Shown here piece after piece: positions 29,485-40,211 of a stretch of 64,000 nt of DNA. The notes below the pieces were generated by a model. The model was not told where the DNA came from and did no database searches. It saw nothing but the letters and a program-made list of their open reading frames with translations. The position numbers were made by a program, and so were the translations under genes. The DNA lies in contig OY970067.1 in the NCBI GenBank assembly GCA_963705305.1, forward strand, positions 4,000,001-4,064,000, given 5' to 3'. Position 1 is the stretch's first letter. Each line of letters starts with the position of its first letter. Source of the DNA: an uncultured Methylomirabilota bacterium. GTDB taxonomy: Bacteria; Methylomirabilota; Methylomirabilia; Methylomirabilales; 2-02-FULL-66-22.

Positions 29485-30630
29485 ATGGAGTTTTGCGGGT
29501 ACCGACGGGCAGACGGCCGAGTGGGTGTGCGCAATCACGTGGCGGTCGTTTCCACTGTGCTCTGTAGTTCTGAAGTCACGCGCGAGATCGCCCGCGCAAC
29601 CGGCGCCATGGGCATCACCCACGAGGCCGGCTGCGGAGAGCTTGGTTCCGAAAAAGCACACACCGAACGGATATTGCGAGGTGTGATCACGCATCCGAAC
29701 ATCGGCGCGGTGCTGATCGTCGGCTTGGGATGTGAGCAGATCGAACCGGAACGGCTGGGGAAGTCTGTGACCGACCGACCCGTTCAGAGTCTCAGCATCC
29801 AACGATTTGGTGGACCGACGGCCGCGGTGCGGCGCGGGATCACAATGGTTCGCGAGATGACTGCCGCGATCGCTGGTTCCATCCGGCAGCGTGCGGGCGT
29901 GGCAGACCTGATTCTCGCGACGCAATGTGGCGGATCGGACACCGGGTCCGGGCTTGCCTCCAATCCCGCATTGGGCGTTGTGGCGGACCTTATGGTGGCG
30001 GGCGGCGGTACGGTGGTCATGGGCGAGACCAGCGGTATGTACGGTGCGGCCGGGTTCCTCACGCGCCGTGCCTCGAGCCCGGCAGTTGCGAAGCGAATCC
30101 TGGAAATTACTGACGCTATCGAGCGGCATTCGCAGCGGCTCGGGAAGAGCATCAAGGAAGCAAATCCAACCCCCGGTAATATTGCCGGAGGGCTTACAAC
30201 CCTCGTAGAAAAAGCCCTGGGCGGCGTCCGTAAGAGTGGGACCACACCCATTCAGGGGGTGGTCTCACCCGCAGAACAGGTTGCAGGCAAGGGCGTGTGG
30301 GTCATGGACACGAGCGTGGGAATCGGGGCGTGTGCGATGTCCGATATGTTGGTTGGTGGTGCCCAGATGCTCGCATACACTACCGGCCGGGGGAATCCGC
30401 TCGGCTCTCCGATTGGGCCGGTAATCAAGATCACGGCTACTGCGGATACGGCCAAGAGCCTGCAGGAAATCATCGATTTCGACGCATCCCCAGTCTTGCG
30501 GGGCGAGGAGACAATCTCTGAGTGTGGTCAGCGTCTGCTGGATGAGGTACTTGCCGTCGCAAGTGGGAAACTTACGAAGGCCGAAAGGCTTGGCCACTAC
30601 GCGTTCGCGATCGGCCGAATCGCAACCTAA
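29485..30630 (+). CDS. UxaA/GarD-family dehydratase large subunit
   Basis: GYRRADGRVGVRN, HPNIG, GLGCE, CGGSD, GN.AGGLTT..EK, TTGRG. Confidence 0.92.
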   Translation: MEFCGYRRADGRVGVRNHVAVVSTVLCSSEVTREIARATGAMGITHEAGCGELGSEKAHTERILRGVITHPNIGAVLIVGLGCEQIEPERLGKSVTDRPVQSLSIQRFGGPTAAVRRGITMVREMTAAIAGSIRQRAGVADLILATQCGGSDTGSGLASNPALGVVADLMVAGGGTVVMGETSGMYGAAGFLTRRASSPAVAKRILEITDAIERHSQRLGKSIKEANPTPGNIAGGLTTLVEKALGGVRKSGTTPIQGVVSPAEQVAGKGVWVMDTSVGIGACAMSDMLVGGAQMLAYTTGRGNPLGSPIGPVIKITATADTAKSLQEIIDFDASPVLRGEETISECGQRLLDEVLAVASGKLTKAERLGHYAFAIGRIAT

Positions 30631-30934
30631 CGCCGATTGCATCGAGCATCGAAGATACCCATCGTGAGAAACAGAAATTTGCGCTAGCTTTTATGCTCGT
30701 TTTTCTGCGGGACGAATACCTACCCCCGGCCCTCCGAATCGGATGGGCCGGAGTGACCCAAACTGACCCAACCCCTAACAACTGGTCCAGATTGAGGTTG
30801 AGCTTTCGGCTTCGAGAGACGGTACCTCTTTGTCGACGAGGATTGCGTCTGACCCACGTCTACTAAAACGAGCTCCCGGCGATGGGGCTGCTGCACGTCC
30901 TCGCGGTGGGCGGCAGGTGGTCAATGTCTAGTAA

Positions 30935-31061
30935 GCATCCAGTAAGCAGGAGCCGCAGAAAGGGGCTAAAATGGGTAGGGTCATCCAGAAAGAGAATTCG
31001 CGTAAGTGCATGATAAACAACGTTATTCTCAAGTAGACCAGAATGGCCTGGAAACCCCGTT
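30935..31061. other. Integrative-element end with arm-type direct repeats
   Basis: AGTAAGCA twice (~30931-30949), then a stretch similar to 40752-40870; TGACCCAA twice at 30754-30771. Boundaries are approximate. Confidence 0.45.
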
Positions 31062-31111
31062 CCTGCCTTACAAGCAGGGGGTCGGTGGTTCGAAACCACC
31101 TTCGCCCACCA
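31062..31111 (+). tRNA. tRNA-Val(TAC) 3' fragment (att site, not a complete gene)
   Basis: CCTGC-CTTACAA-GCAGG anticodon arm, GGTGG-TTCGAAA-CCACC T arm, CCCACCA end; no D arm or 5' acceptor strand. Confidence 0.9.
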
Positions 31112-31116
31112 ATGAA

Positions 31117-31152
31117 ATCAGGGGGTTCCGAAAGAGCCCCCTGATCTTTTTT
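31117..31152 (+). terminator. Rho-independent terminator
   Basis: ATCAGGGGGTTC-CGAAA-GAGCCCCCTGAT followed by a T run. Confidence 0.75.
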
Positions 31153-31154
31153 CC

Positions 31155-31178
31155 AAAACGTGCCCGAAAACGTGCCCG
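31155..31178. repeat. Tandem 12-mer, probable integrase arm-type sites
   Basis: AAAACGTGCCCG twice, next to the att site. Confidence 0.6.
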
Positions 31179-31300
31179 TGAGGTCTTCTGGGCATCCCCG
31201 ACAATGAAAGGCTATAAACCGGTTGAGGGCACGGGTATACATTTCAGCTCCAGCTTGGTCGTAGTCCCGCGGGGCCGTATGACGGCTTAATTCCCCAGCG

Positions 31301-31717
31301 TTGCTTGGAACAAGATGTGTCCCCACCCTGGCGCTCCGGGCACTCGGGATTACGAGGGTCCGGCAGCATGATTTCAGACGCAGCTTCATCGCCCTCCATG
31401 TCGAAGCGGGCACCCACCCGAAGCTCATCCAGGAACGCGTGGGCCACAGCAACATCGGCCTCACGATGGACGTTTACGGGAAAATCACCGGGCGGATGGC
31501 CCTGTCTCCGGAGCAGGAGGCACGATTGGACGCGCTGGCGGCCAGGGCACTCCCGGCGCCGGTCCCGGTCAAGCCGGGGACGAATTCCGATGCGAACACC
31601 GCCGCCGACTCCGGCTGCAAACCCGCCAAGAATTCCGATCCCGAAGGAATCGCCTACCAGGATCGAGTGATGCTTGGGGAGCCAAGCACGGATCAAACGG
31701 GTCCCCAACAACAATAA
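31301..31717 (+). pseudogene. Tyrosine integrase C-terminal remnant
   Basis: RQHDFRRSF...HPKLIQERVGHSNI.LTMDVY (H-x-x-R, H, Y); N-terminal part missing. Confidence 0.85.
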
Positions 31718-31737
31718 TCGCTCACCCTCTGTTCAGT

Positions 31738-33060
31738 CTATAGCGTGTGAATGGCGCTCTCAATCCGGTCAAGTGTCTCATCAATATCCGTTGGCTTGTG
31801 AGCAGCGGAAAATCCGTGATGCCCTAGGGCCAGTCGTCCATAATTGTGGAAATAGATCCCTTGCTCAAAGCAGGACCGGATGAATCGGTAGCCCAAGTCC
31901 CCGTTAATTCGGGCGGCGTCCTGGTAGTTAGTCACTTCCGAGGTCACTCCGAAATAAATACCGAAACGGGCACCCAGCCCCTGCACCCGGGCCGGTACGC
32001 TGTGCGAGTCAAAGAGCTTAGCGAGACCGCCATAGAGGCGATCGGCATTGGCAAAGATCCGATCATAAAAGCCCGATTGGCTGATCTCCTCAAGAGATGC
32101 GAGCGCTGCCAGGACCGCAAATAAGTGGCCGGAGTATGTGCCGGAGTGGGCCGCCTGCCCGATAGGGCTGAACGCCTGCATGAAGTCTCGCCGGCCAGCC
32201 ACGACAGCCATTGGCAGCCCATTCGCCACCGCCTTAGCCAATGTGCACACGTCGGGTGTGACCCGGTAATACCCCTGGGCCCCACCGCTGGCCATCCGGA
32301 ACCCGCTCAGCACCTCGTCGAAGATTAACAGGATGCTATGCCGCGTAGCTTGCTCCCGGAGGAGCTCGAGCATGCCCGGGCGGGGGAGGATGCAGCCGGA
32401 GTTATAATTGACCGGCTCGCATATGATGGCGGCGAGTTCATCCGCATGCTCGCGCATTGCCTGGTCAAAGGCAGCGGGATCGTTCCAAGGGATGACGATC
32501 ACTAAGTCCGCGATCTGTGGCGGAACCCCCGCCGATTCGACCTGCGTCGGGACATAGGGATACGTGGGTAGCTCATCGCGCACTGGTCCATGAGCGTTCC
32601 ACATCACATAATCATGCAGACCATGAAAATGACCTTCAAATTTTAGGATCTTCTGCTTGCCGGTAACCGCACGCGCCAGGCGGATTGCGGCAAGGGTCGC
32701 CTCAGAACCGGAGTTGGCGAACCGGACCTGCTCGGCGCAGGGCACTAACGTACACAGCCGTTCGGCTAGGCGACTGTGGTACTCGGTGTCGTACGCGCAG
32801 ATCACACCCATGTCGAGGGCCTGCTCAATTGCCTTCCGGATTTTCGGATGGTTATGCCCGAGAAATGTCGCGCCATGGGAAAGGTTGTAGTCGATGTAGC
32901 TCCGACCATCCACGTCATACACCCGGCAGCCGTCGCCTCGCGTGAGATACAGAGGGTGGCCGAGGGCGGCATTGAAGCGAGCTGAACCGGATACGCCGGC
33001 CACGAGGTACCGACCAGCAAAATCAAAAAGCGCTGCGCTCTTCCCAGACGTTTGAGTCAT
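31738..33060 (-). CDS. Class-III PLP aminotransferase (GSA-aminomutase-like)
   Basis: NSGSEA, KFEGHFHG, IFDEVLSGFR, LAKAVANG.P, SGTY. Confidence 0.9.
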   Translation of the reverse strand: MTQTSGKSAALFDFAGRYLVAGVSGSARFNAALGHPLYLTRGDGCRVYDVDGRSYIDYNLSHGATFLGHNHPKIRKAIEQALDMGVICAYDTEYHSRLAERLCTLVPCAEQVRFANSGSEATLAAIRLARAVTGKQKILKFEGHFHGLHDYVMWNAHGPVRDELPTYPYVPTQVESAGVPPQIADLVIVIPWNDPAAFDQAMREHADELAAIICEPVNYNSGCILPRPGMLELLREQATRHSILLIFDEVLSGFRMASGGAQGYYRVTPDVCTLAKAVANGLPMAVVAGRRDFMQAFSPIGQAAHSGTYSGHLFAVLAALASLEEISQSGFYDRIFANADRLYGGLAKLFDSHSVPARVQGLGARFGIYFGVTSEVTNYQDAARINGDLGYRFIRSCFEQGIYFHNYGRLALGHHGFSAAHKPTDIDETLDRIESAIHTL

Positions 33061-33130
33061 CTCTCGCTCCTTTCAGAATACATGCGTGTGCCCACCACTA
33101 CAGCAACGCCTTCGTTCAAATACGAAAACA

Positions 33131-34118
33131 TCAGCACGATACCCCTACTTGCCGCGCCAAGCTTTGCAACTCGTTCCATGTCTCTTCGGGCAGCGGAATT
33201 CCCCTCAGGAGACGTTGCCGGCGGGTCCGCGTCTCCGGCTCGCCGGGCAGCATGACCTCCTCGATTCCTTCTGCGGCCGGGGTGGACTTGATCTTGGCGG
33301 CGAGGGCGGTCGCCTGGTTCGCAAATTGGTCGAACGGCACGAAACATGCGATATTCAGAGCCAGGGAAAACGTGCCGTTTCCACCCTCATACTCGGACAG
33401 GGCGGAGGGCGCCATGGCGGACAACGCGCCAGCGGTCAGCTCGATCATGATGCTCAGCGCCGAGCCCTTATGCCCGCCGAAGGGCAGCAGAGCCCCCCCG
33501 GCGAAAAAACGGCCGGGTTCAGGGAGGGGCGGCCGTCGCAGTCCAGCAACACGCCTGCTGCGACCTTTTCCCCCCGCGTCCGAGCGACGCGAAACTTACC
33601 TTCGGCCACGCTAGCCGTGGCAAAATCAAGCGACAGGGTCTCGTGCCCCGCACCGCAGGGCACCGCCCAAGCCAACGGATTTGTGCCGATTGCGGGGCGG
33701 CGTCCGCCGTGGGGCACAACAACGGCGTCCGTATTGCACATCGCCAGACCGATCATCCCAGCACCACTTAGCGTCGCCGTATACTCTCCCAGGCGCCCGA
33801 CGTGATTGCATCGGCCAATGGTGACAGCTCCCACGCCAAACCGCTCGGCCAGCTCGATCACCGTCTGAGCGGCCAGTCGCGCTGCCACTTGCCCCCACCC
33901 CCAGGCTCCGTCCACGTGCGCCGTGGCAAACTGTCGCCTTTCGATGGTGGGCTGGGCAGTCGGTTTAACCTGTCCTGTGCGAACATATGTCGCATACAGT
34001 GCAGGTTCGCTTCGATCAACGAGTCCTGGACCGCCCGCGCCGAGTCTGCAGGGGTTCCCAGGCCCTCTAGAATCCCCTGGGCGATGCAGCTCAAGTCCTC
34101 AACATGAAGAGTTGGCAT
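33131..34118 (-). pseudogene. Ldh_2-family (YiaK/AllD/ComC-like) oxidoreductase, multiply frameshifted
   Basis: Three frames: LIEANL; VDG..GWGQV, NHVGRLG.Y, GTNPLA, LDFAT; then GGHKG, EVMLPGE.E. Confidence 0.85.
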
Positions 34119-34283
34119 GAACACAGATCCTGTCTCGGCGCGAATCTCTATGACTTTCACACACTGGAGCAGACCGGGACGACACAACGAAGCTTCGATC
34201 GGGCGACCCTAGTAACGTCCCTTCTCCTCTTGCTCTCGGTGGGCGGAAACGGGTAGCTACCGAGCCGGGATTGCGCATTGAAT

Positions 34284-34949
34284 TCAGAGGATGCCGTATT
34301 CTGCAAATACCTGACGAATGCTGGTCCCCCGCGCCAGAATGCCCCGGACCTTGTTCTCGCCCGAGACCTTTTGCAGGGCGCGCGAGATTGCCTCATTTTC
34401 AACTGCTGCTGGGATCGCGACACTGCCATCTCCGTCAGCCACGACGAGGTCCCCGTCCTTCACGAGGACGCCGCCCACCTCGATCGGACAACGGATGGCG
34501 GTGACGTGAGCGCGGCCCTTCGAATCCGCGGCCCCACAGCCGGTGGTGAAGACCGGAAACCGCATGGCGGTGATCCCGGCCACGTCACGAGTCAATCCAT
34601 CGAAGATCGCCCCCCGCCCACCTCTAGCCCGGGCGTGGGTGCTCAGCAATTCCCCCCAAATGGAGCAGCGCCGGGAGCCGTGCGTGGTGCAGACAATGAC
34701 TTCCCCGGATCTCAACTCATCCAGCAGCGCGAGTTCGAGTTCGTACGGGTTCGCCAGGATCTCGTCCACGTTGGTCGCCAACATCGTGGCAGCGCGACCA
34801 ACGATTTTGGCCTCTGAATAGACCGGCCGAATGTCATACCGCATGACTTGATTCCGGTACCCAAGGTCGTCCAGGACGTCGGCCACCACGGCCGTATAGA
34901 GCTTCGTCGCGATCTCGTCGAAGTAGGATTCGGTCCAGTTCGTTTCCAC
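34284..34949 (-). CDS. RraA/HMG-aldolase family protein
   Basis: GGAGG RBS, GTG start; TAVVADVLD, WGELL, DG.TRD, GDLVVAD.DG. Confidence 0.88.
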   Translation of the reverse strand: METNWTESYFDEIATKLYTAVVADVLDDLGYRNQVMRYDIRPVYSEAKIVGRAATMLATNVDEILANPYELELALLDELRSGEVIVCTTHGSRRCSIWGELLSTHARARGGRGAIFDGLTRDVAGITAMRFPVFTTGCGAADSKGRAHVTAIRCPIEVGGVLVKDGDLVVADGDGSVAIPAAVENEAISRALQKVSGENKVRGILARGTSIRQVFAEYGIL

Positions 34950-35050
34950 GCTATCCTCCCTCACATCCCGAGCGACTGTCGGACCGATGTTCCGAAACGC
35001 GTCCCAAGGTTTTGCACCAAGCCTTATTCGCCTTATTCCTGCCACGCGGA

Positions 35051-36250
35051 TCAGAAAAGGGGTACCGCGGGAATCCACTCGGGCCGGTGCGGATCATAGA
35101 ATTCGTTGACGGCCCCTGCCTCTTGGTATGCCCGGTGATACTTCTCGACTTTCGTTGGGTCCAGCGTCACTCCGAGACCGGCGCCAGTGGGAACGGTAAA
35201 ATGACCATCCTCATACGCAAAGGGCTGCGTGATCACGTCATCTGCCTGATCATGGTAATGACTATCAATGGCATAGCGCAGATACGGACTCGCCGCCGCG
35301 AGATGCAGCATGGCCGCCGTGGAGATGCCGAGCTCCCGATCGCTGTGCATGCCCACACCGAGCTGGAACGCTTCCGCCACTGCCATCATGCGCTGATTCT
35401 GACGGAACCCTCCCCAGAAATGAATGTCGCTTAAGATCACGTCCACGCTCCGGGCGCGAATGCCCGGGGCGAGTTGTTCCCACGCCACGAGACACATGTT
35501 CGTGGCCAGGGGAATCGGCACAGCCTTGCGAACTTGGCTCATCCCCTCCATGTTTAGCGTCGGGTCCTCTAGATACTCCAAATCTATCCCTTCCGCGAGG
35601 AGGCGATGCCCGACGCGAATGGAAGTCTCCACCGACCACGCTGCGTTGGGGTCCCACCGGAGCGGGGAGGCAGGGAATTCTTTGCGGAGGAGCCGGACGA
35701 CGCGGAGCTCCTCATCGGGGGGAAGGACCCCCCCCTTAAACTTGATGACCCGAAAGCCGTACTCGTCGACAAGCTGCCGGGCACGGTCCACCATGGCTTC
35801 CGGGGTGGACTCGCCCCCGACAGTCCCGGTCGCATCCCAGTAGCGGTAGAAGAGATAGGCACTCGCCTCGATGCAGTGGCGCGTGGCCCCGCCCAGCAGC
35901 TTGTACAGAGGAAGGTTGAGGGCTTTCCCGGCCGCATCCAAGCAGGCCATTTCGATTCCTGCCCGAGTGACCGCCGGTACGGTGGTTTCATAACTCGTGA
36001 AAAATACGCTCAACCGGTGGTGCATCACCCCCGTGTCCAAGGGGTCGAGCCCGACGAGATACGGTCGCGCAACGTCGATCGCGTGTTCCGTCCCTGGCCC
36101 CCCGTACGTTTCGCCGATGCCGATAATCCCGTCGTCGGTATGGAGTTCGATGAGACTCCGGGTGGTCCCGACCTCGACCCCGAGGCTCCACCGCAAAGGC
36201 GCCTTCATGGGGACCGTGACCGAGATCGCCTTCACATCCGTGATTTTCAT
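35051..36250 (-). CDS. Enolase-superfamily acid-sugar dehydratase (glucarate dehydratase-like)
   Basis: KFKGG, DPNAAWS, YLEDP, LATNM, D.HFWGG, GMHS. Confidence 0.9.
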   Translation of the reverse strand: MKITDVKAISVTVPMKAPLRWSLGVEVGTTRSLIELHTDDGIIGIGETYGGPGTEHAIDVARPYLVGLDPLDTGVMHHRLSVFFTSYETTVPAVTRAGIEMACLDAAGKALNLPLYKLLGGATRHCIEASAYLFYRYWDATGTVGGESTPEAMVDRARQLVDEYGFRVIKFKGGVLPPDEELRVVRLLRKEFPASPLRWDPNAAWSVETSIRVGHRLLAEGIDLEYLEDPTLNMEGMSQVRKAVPIPLATNMCLVAWEQLAPGIRARSVDVILSDIHFWGGFRQNQRMMAVAEAFQLGVGMHSDRELGISTAAMLHLAAASPYLRYAIDSHYHDQADDVITQPFAYEDGHFTVPTGAGLGVTLDPTKVEKYHRAYQEAGAVNEFYDPHRPEWIPAVPLF

Positions 36251-36278
36251 GTGTCATTCCTTCGCCCGTCAGGGCGCT

Positions 36279-37061
36279 TCAGGGATGCAGAATGGCCTGG
36301 AGGAAGGTCCGGGTCCGCTCGTTCCGGGGACTGTCAAAGACTTGCTCGGGCGAGCCCTCTTCCACCACCTTGCCCCCCGCCATTAGAACCACCCGGTTCG
36401 CCACGTAGCGGGCAAATCCCATCTCGTGGGTAACCACCACCATCGTCATCCCATCCTTCGCGAGCGTACGGATCACGTCGAGCACCTCGGCGGTCATCTC
36501 CGGATCGAGTGCGGAGGTGACTTCATCGAACAACATGAGATCCGGGTTCATGGCGAGCGCGCGCGCAATGGCCACGCGTTGCTGCTGCCCCCCCGAGAGT
36601 TGAATCGGGAGGTACAGGGCCTTGTCCTCAAGACCAACCTTCGCCAGGAGGTTCATCGCCTGGGATTCCGCCTCCCCTCGTGGAACTCGGCGGACGTTGA
36701 TCGGCGCCAAGGCGATGTTGTCCAGGGCGGAAAGATGGGGGAACAGGTTGTATTGCTGGAACACGATCCCGATCTCCATCCGCAGGCGGCGCAGCGGCTC
36801 CCCCGCCAACTCAAACCCCGGCTGGCCCGGCAGCTTCCGCGCCAGAGTTTGCCCTTTGAATAGGATCTCCCCAGCGGTGATCGACTCCAGCCGGTTCAGG
36901 CATCGCAGAAACGTGGTCTTCCCAGACCCGCTCGGGCCAATGACCGCGACGACCTCGCCGCGCGTAATATTCAGACTGACCCCGGTTAAAACGTGCACAC
37001 GGCCAAAGGACTTGTAGATGTCCCGGGTCTGCACGACCGTCGCGTCACTCTGCTCACTCAT
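36279..37061 (-). CDS. Polar amino-acid ABC ATP-binding protein
   Basis: [34 protein letters not shown]. Confidence 0.94.
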   Translation of the reverse strand: MSEQSDATVVQTRDIYKSFGRVHVLTGVSLNITRGEVVAVIGPSGSGKTTFLRCLNRLESITAGEILFKGQTLARKLPGQPGFELAGEPLRRLRMEIGIVFQQYNLFPHLSALDNIALAPINVRRVPRGEAESQAMNLLAKVGLEDKALYLPIQLSGGQQQRVAIARALAMNPDLMLFDEVTSALDPEMTAEVLDVIRTLAKDGMTMVVVTHEMGFARYVANRVVLMAGGKVVEEGSPEQVFDSPRNERTRTFLQAILHP

Positions 37062-37065
37062 GTGC

Positions 37066-37785
37066 TTACGCCTCCGTCCCCGACCGCGCGAATAGCTGGG
37101 CTCTCTTCGCCTGCCTTGGCTCCGGAATAGCCTTCATTTTTCGCTCCACCCATGTCGCGAGGAGCGCCCACGGATAGCAGATGATGAAATAGAGCACGGC
37201 CACCTCAGTGAAAATGGTCAAATACTTGTACGTGGTCGCTCCAAGCAAGATGCCTGCGAACATCAGTTCCTGAATGGTGATTACCGACAGGAGTGAAGTG
37301 TCCTTAAAGAGTCCGAGGAGATAGTTCACGGTGGGCGGGAGGGAAACGCGCGCGGCCTGCGGCAGAATGACCAAGCGCATGGTCTGCCAGTACGAGAGTC
37401 CCAGAGATTCGGCCGCCTCCGTCTGGGTTTTCGGCACGGAATTTATTCCGGCGCGATATACCTCCGAGAGATAGGCCGTGTAGTTAACGCTCATCCCGAT
37501 AATACCGGCAACGATGGCGGGGAGCGTGACCCCGAAAAACGGAAACACGTAGAAGATGTAGTAGAGCTGCATCAACGCCGGCGTGCCTCGGATGAATTCC
37601 ACGTAGGCGATCATCGGCACCCGCAGCATCCGGAACCGGGAGATCCGGGCCAAGGCCACGAGCACTCCCGCGACGATTGAAATCGTCATGATGACAAAGG
37701 TCAGAATAATCGTGTACTCCGCCCCCTTCAGAAGCGTGGGGAGATACTCCATGAGGTCTACCCATCGAATGGCCGGAACGTGCAT
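37066..37785 (-). CDS. Polar amino-acid ABC permease
   Basis: [30 protein letters not shown]. Confidence 0.93.
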   Translation of the reverse strand: MHVPAIRWVDLMEYLPTLLKGAEYTIILTFVIMTISIVAGVLVALARISRFRMLRVPMIAYVEFIRGTPALMQLYYIFYVFPFFGVTLPAIVAGIIGMSVNYTAYLSEVYRAGINSVPKTQTEAAESLGLSYWQTMRLVILPQAARVSLPPTVNYLLGLFKDTSLLSVITIQELMFAGILLGATTYKYLTIFTEVAVLYFIICYPWALLATWVERKMKAIPEPRQAKRAQLFARSGTEA

Positions 37786-37871
37786 GATTCACTCCCGAGC
37801 AGTCGTTGGTCGATTTGTGAGCGCGAGCCCGAGGCCGGCAGTGTCCGGCCTCGGGCAGCTCGCCTTTTCGA

Positions 37872-38705
37872 CTACTTGATGAGATTCACCTCGGACAACC
37901 CGTACTTCTGTAAGATGGCCAATAGGGTGCCATCGGCCTTCATCTTGTTGAGCTCCGCGTCAAAGGCCGCCTTGAGCGTTACGTCCTCCTTTCGGAACCC
38001 GATGCCGGAGGGTCGGGGCGCCTTGCCGGCCCAGACCCGCAGGATCTCAAGGTCGGGCTCGGGGTTGACGACGAACGCATAGCCCGTTGTGGTCTCATCC
38101 GCGAGGGCGCCATCAATCCTCCCCGCCTTCACGTCCGCGAACATGTCCCCATGCTCCTTGTAGGGGACAGCTATCGCACCCGGCACCGCCTTAATTTCGT
38201 CGAGATTCGTCGCGCCCAGGATGCCTCCCATCCTCTTGCCGACCCAGTCAGCCTTTCCTTTGATGTTCTTGGGGTTGCCCTTGCGGACGACGATCGCATC
38301 CCCATACTGGTAAATCGGCTCGGAGAAGAGGATCTCCTCTTTCCGCTTATCCGTGATGCTCATTCCGACCGACATCAGGTCCCATCGACCTGCCTGCAGC
38401 CCCGGGATCAGCCCCGACCAATCCGCGACGATGAAATTCCATTTTTCGACGCCGATCTTTTTCAAGATGTACTCGACGATGTCGTTGTCAATGCCTTTCC
38501 ACTTGCCGTCGCTCGGGTCGAACCAGTCATGGGGAGGTTCATTGTACGAGGCAAGCAGGGCGTACTTCGTGGTCTTGAGCTTGGTGAGCGTGTCTGCGGC
38601 ATTGGCTGGGGCACACTGAACGGCCAAGAACACGCCCACGATGGAGACTGCCAGCAACCAGAAGAGGAGCGCGAATGGGGAATGCTTTTCTCGTCGCTTC
38701 ATCAC
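37872..38705 (-). CDS. Family-3 amino-acid ABC substrate-binding protein
   Basis: Signal peptide; G.D.D, LIPGLQAGRWD, FSEP.Y, DGTL..I..KYG. Confidence 0.92.
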   Translation of the reverse strand: MMKRREKHSPFALLFWLLAVSIVGVFLAVQCAPANAADTLTKLKTTKYALLASYNEPPHDWFDPSDGKWKGIDNDIVEYILKKIGVEKWNFIVADWSGLIPGLQAGRWDLMSVGMSITDKRKEEILFSEPIYQYGDAIVVRKGNPKNIKGKADWVGKRMGGILGATNLDEIKAVPGAIAVPYKEHGDMFADVKAGRIDGALADETTTGYAFVVNPEPDLEILRVWAGKAPRPSGIGFRKEDVTLKAAFDAELNKMKADGTLLAILQKYGLSEVNLIK

Positions 38706-38917
38706 AGACTCCCTCCTTCGAAAGCAACAGTACCCTCAGGGCCAAAAAGGTCCGTCCTCCCTTCGCTTTGCCACCTCCTTTCAAGTCACGGGGCTGAATC
38801 TCTTCACGTTAAGCAAGCTGCGACCAGAATGAATCCGGCCGCCGCCCACGTGAACTAGTATCTCCCTTAGAAGAACTCGTAAATCGGATAGCTCTCCAAA
38901 TCTCTGAACCCGAAGGA

Positions 38918-39709
38918 TCAGGATCTCCGGGCGCACGGTGCAGAGTGCAAACCGCCTTCTCCTCGCTGCCATGCCTCTAGGCGCTCTTGAAACGCCCTCG
39001 AGACATCCTGCGCTGTCGGCGATCCGTGACGGACCCCCGAATGCCGGCTATCTCGCTGCTCATCCTGCGGGAAAAACCGCATCGGCAACACGGTGAGGTC
39101 CTTCTGTAGCCACTCGATCATTCGTCCAGCGTTCTTGGCGGCCCAGGCGTTGTACATGCCTTCGTGGAATTGTTGAACATCAGAGAGATTCACTTCCCTC
39201 TGCAAGTGCATGTAATAGATGTAGGGACTCACCCGGGCCCAGAGGAGATCTATGTGACGCATCAACACAGCTGATGCCCCATACGAGTAGATCAGATGAT
39301 GAAAGGCGAAATTGGCTCGGACATATTTCGCTGCTGACTTCTGGAGGTGGATCGCCGTTTGGTCCAACAAAACCCTCGCCTTGGCCAAGGCGGTGTCCGG
39401 CCGCAACTTACATGAGCGTTGAGCCGTTAAGGACTCCAGCAGAAGTCGGATCTGGAAGATCTCCTGCATCTCCGGAACCGACAGGGTGTTCACTCGGATC
39501 CGGCGATTGGTCTCGATGATCACGACTCGTTCCGATTCGAGTTGCCAAACCGCCTCCCGAACAGGCATGAGGCTGACGCCGAACTCTCGTGCCAGCCCGC
39601 GCAGGCTTAGTGTCTCGCCGGGGAGAACACCAGCGAAAGCGATTTTCTCTCGCAGTTGGTCGTAAACCTGCTGGCGCAGGGTTATTGTGGAGAGTTTCGT
39701 GAAACGCAT
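38918..39709 (-). CDS. GntR (FadR/FCD) family regulator
   Basis: LA.EFGVS.MPVREA, N.AFH. Confidence 0.88.
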   Translation of the reverse strand: MRFTKLSTITLRQQVYDQLREKIAFAGVLPGETLSLRGLAREFGVSLMPVREAVWQLESERVVIIETNRRIRVNTLSVPEMQEIFQIRLLLESLTAQRSCKLRPDTALAKARVLLDQTAIHLQKSAAKYVRANFAFHHLIYSYGASAVLMRHIDLLWARVSPYIYYMHLQREVNLSDVQQFHEGMYNAWAAKNAGRMIEWLQKDLTVLPMRFFPQDEQRDSRHSGVRHGSPTAQDVSRAFQERLEAWQRGEGGLHSAPCARRS

Positions 39710-40033
39710 TGGTCCACCCCGGGATCACCCATATCAATGGTGTCGCATTTCAGTCCGCGCAAGAAACGCGTGGGGCCGCGCTGAGATGGTTCTCGTTTGG
39801 CAGCAAGGCTTCGGCTCCAGGTCCGCGGTGCGAGTGTGCTCACGCGTGGATGCCGGCCCTTTGAGACTCGGTTGGGCAGAGTGCCAGGTATGTTTCCCAT
39901 GATACCGAGCGGCCGGCTCCCGCTCTGCGACTCGCGTGACCTCGGTCATCGCGACGCTCCGAACGCTCTGATGCCAAGACCTGAAGGCAATGGCTCGCTT
40001 GGGCCGGTGATAGTCGGCACGTCGAATTCTAAC

Positions 40034-40068
40034 TGTGATCACATATATCATTCCTGAGCTGTTGTCAA
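40034..40068 (-). promoter_or_regulatory. Promoter with palindromic operator for the leftward gntR operon
   Basis: TTGACA on the minus strand (40068-40063), a TATATG-like -10, and palindrome TGTGATCACA at 40034-40043. Confidence 0.55.
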
Positions 40069-40211
40069 CACGAAAATGAGGTCGTTTGACCAAACGGAGG
40101 CTGAAGGAGCACTTCCACTTCCGGACCCGCACTCGAGTTGTTTGTGGATTCGCGACCAAGTTGAGTGGCGCCTTTGGCCAGGCACGCCCCCCGTGCTTCA
40201 GCATAATTCCT

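Noticed and set aside
31062..31111. Functional tRNA-Val genes at 31062 and 42568
   Set aside because: Both lack the 5' acceptor strand and D arm
31738..33060. Assigning hemL (and hemE to the UroD-like genes)
   Set aside because: Family resemblance only; catabolic island context with no tetrapyrrole genes
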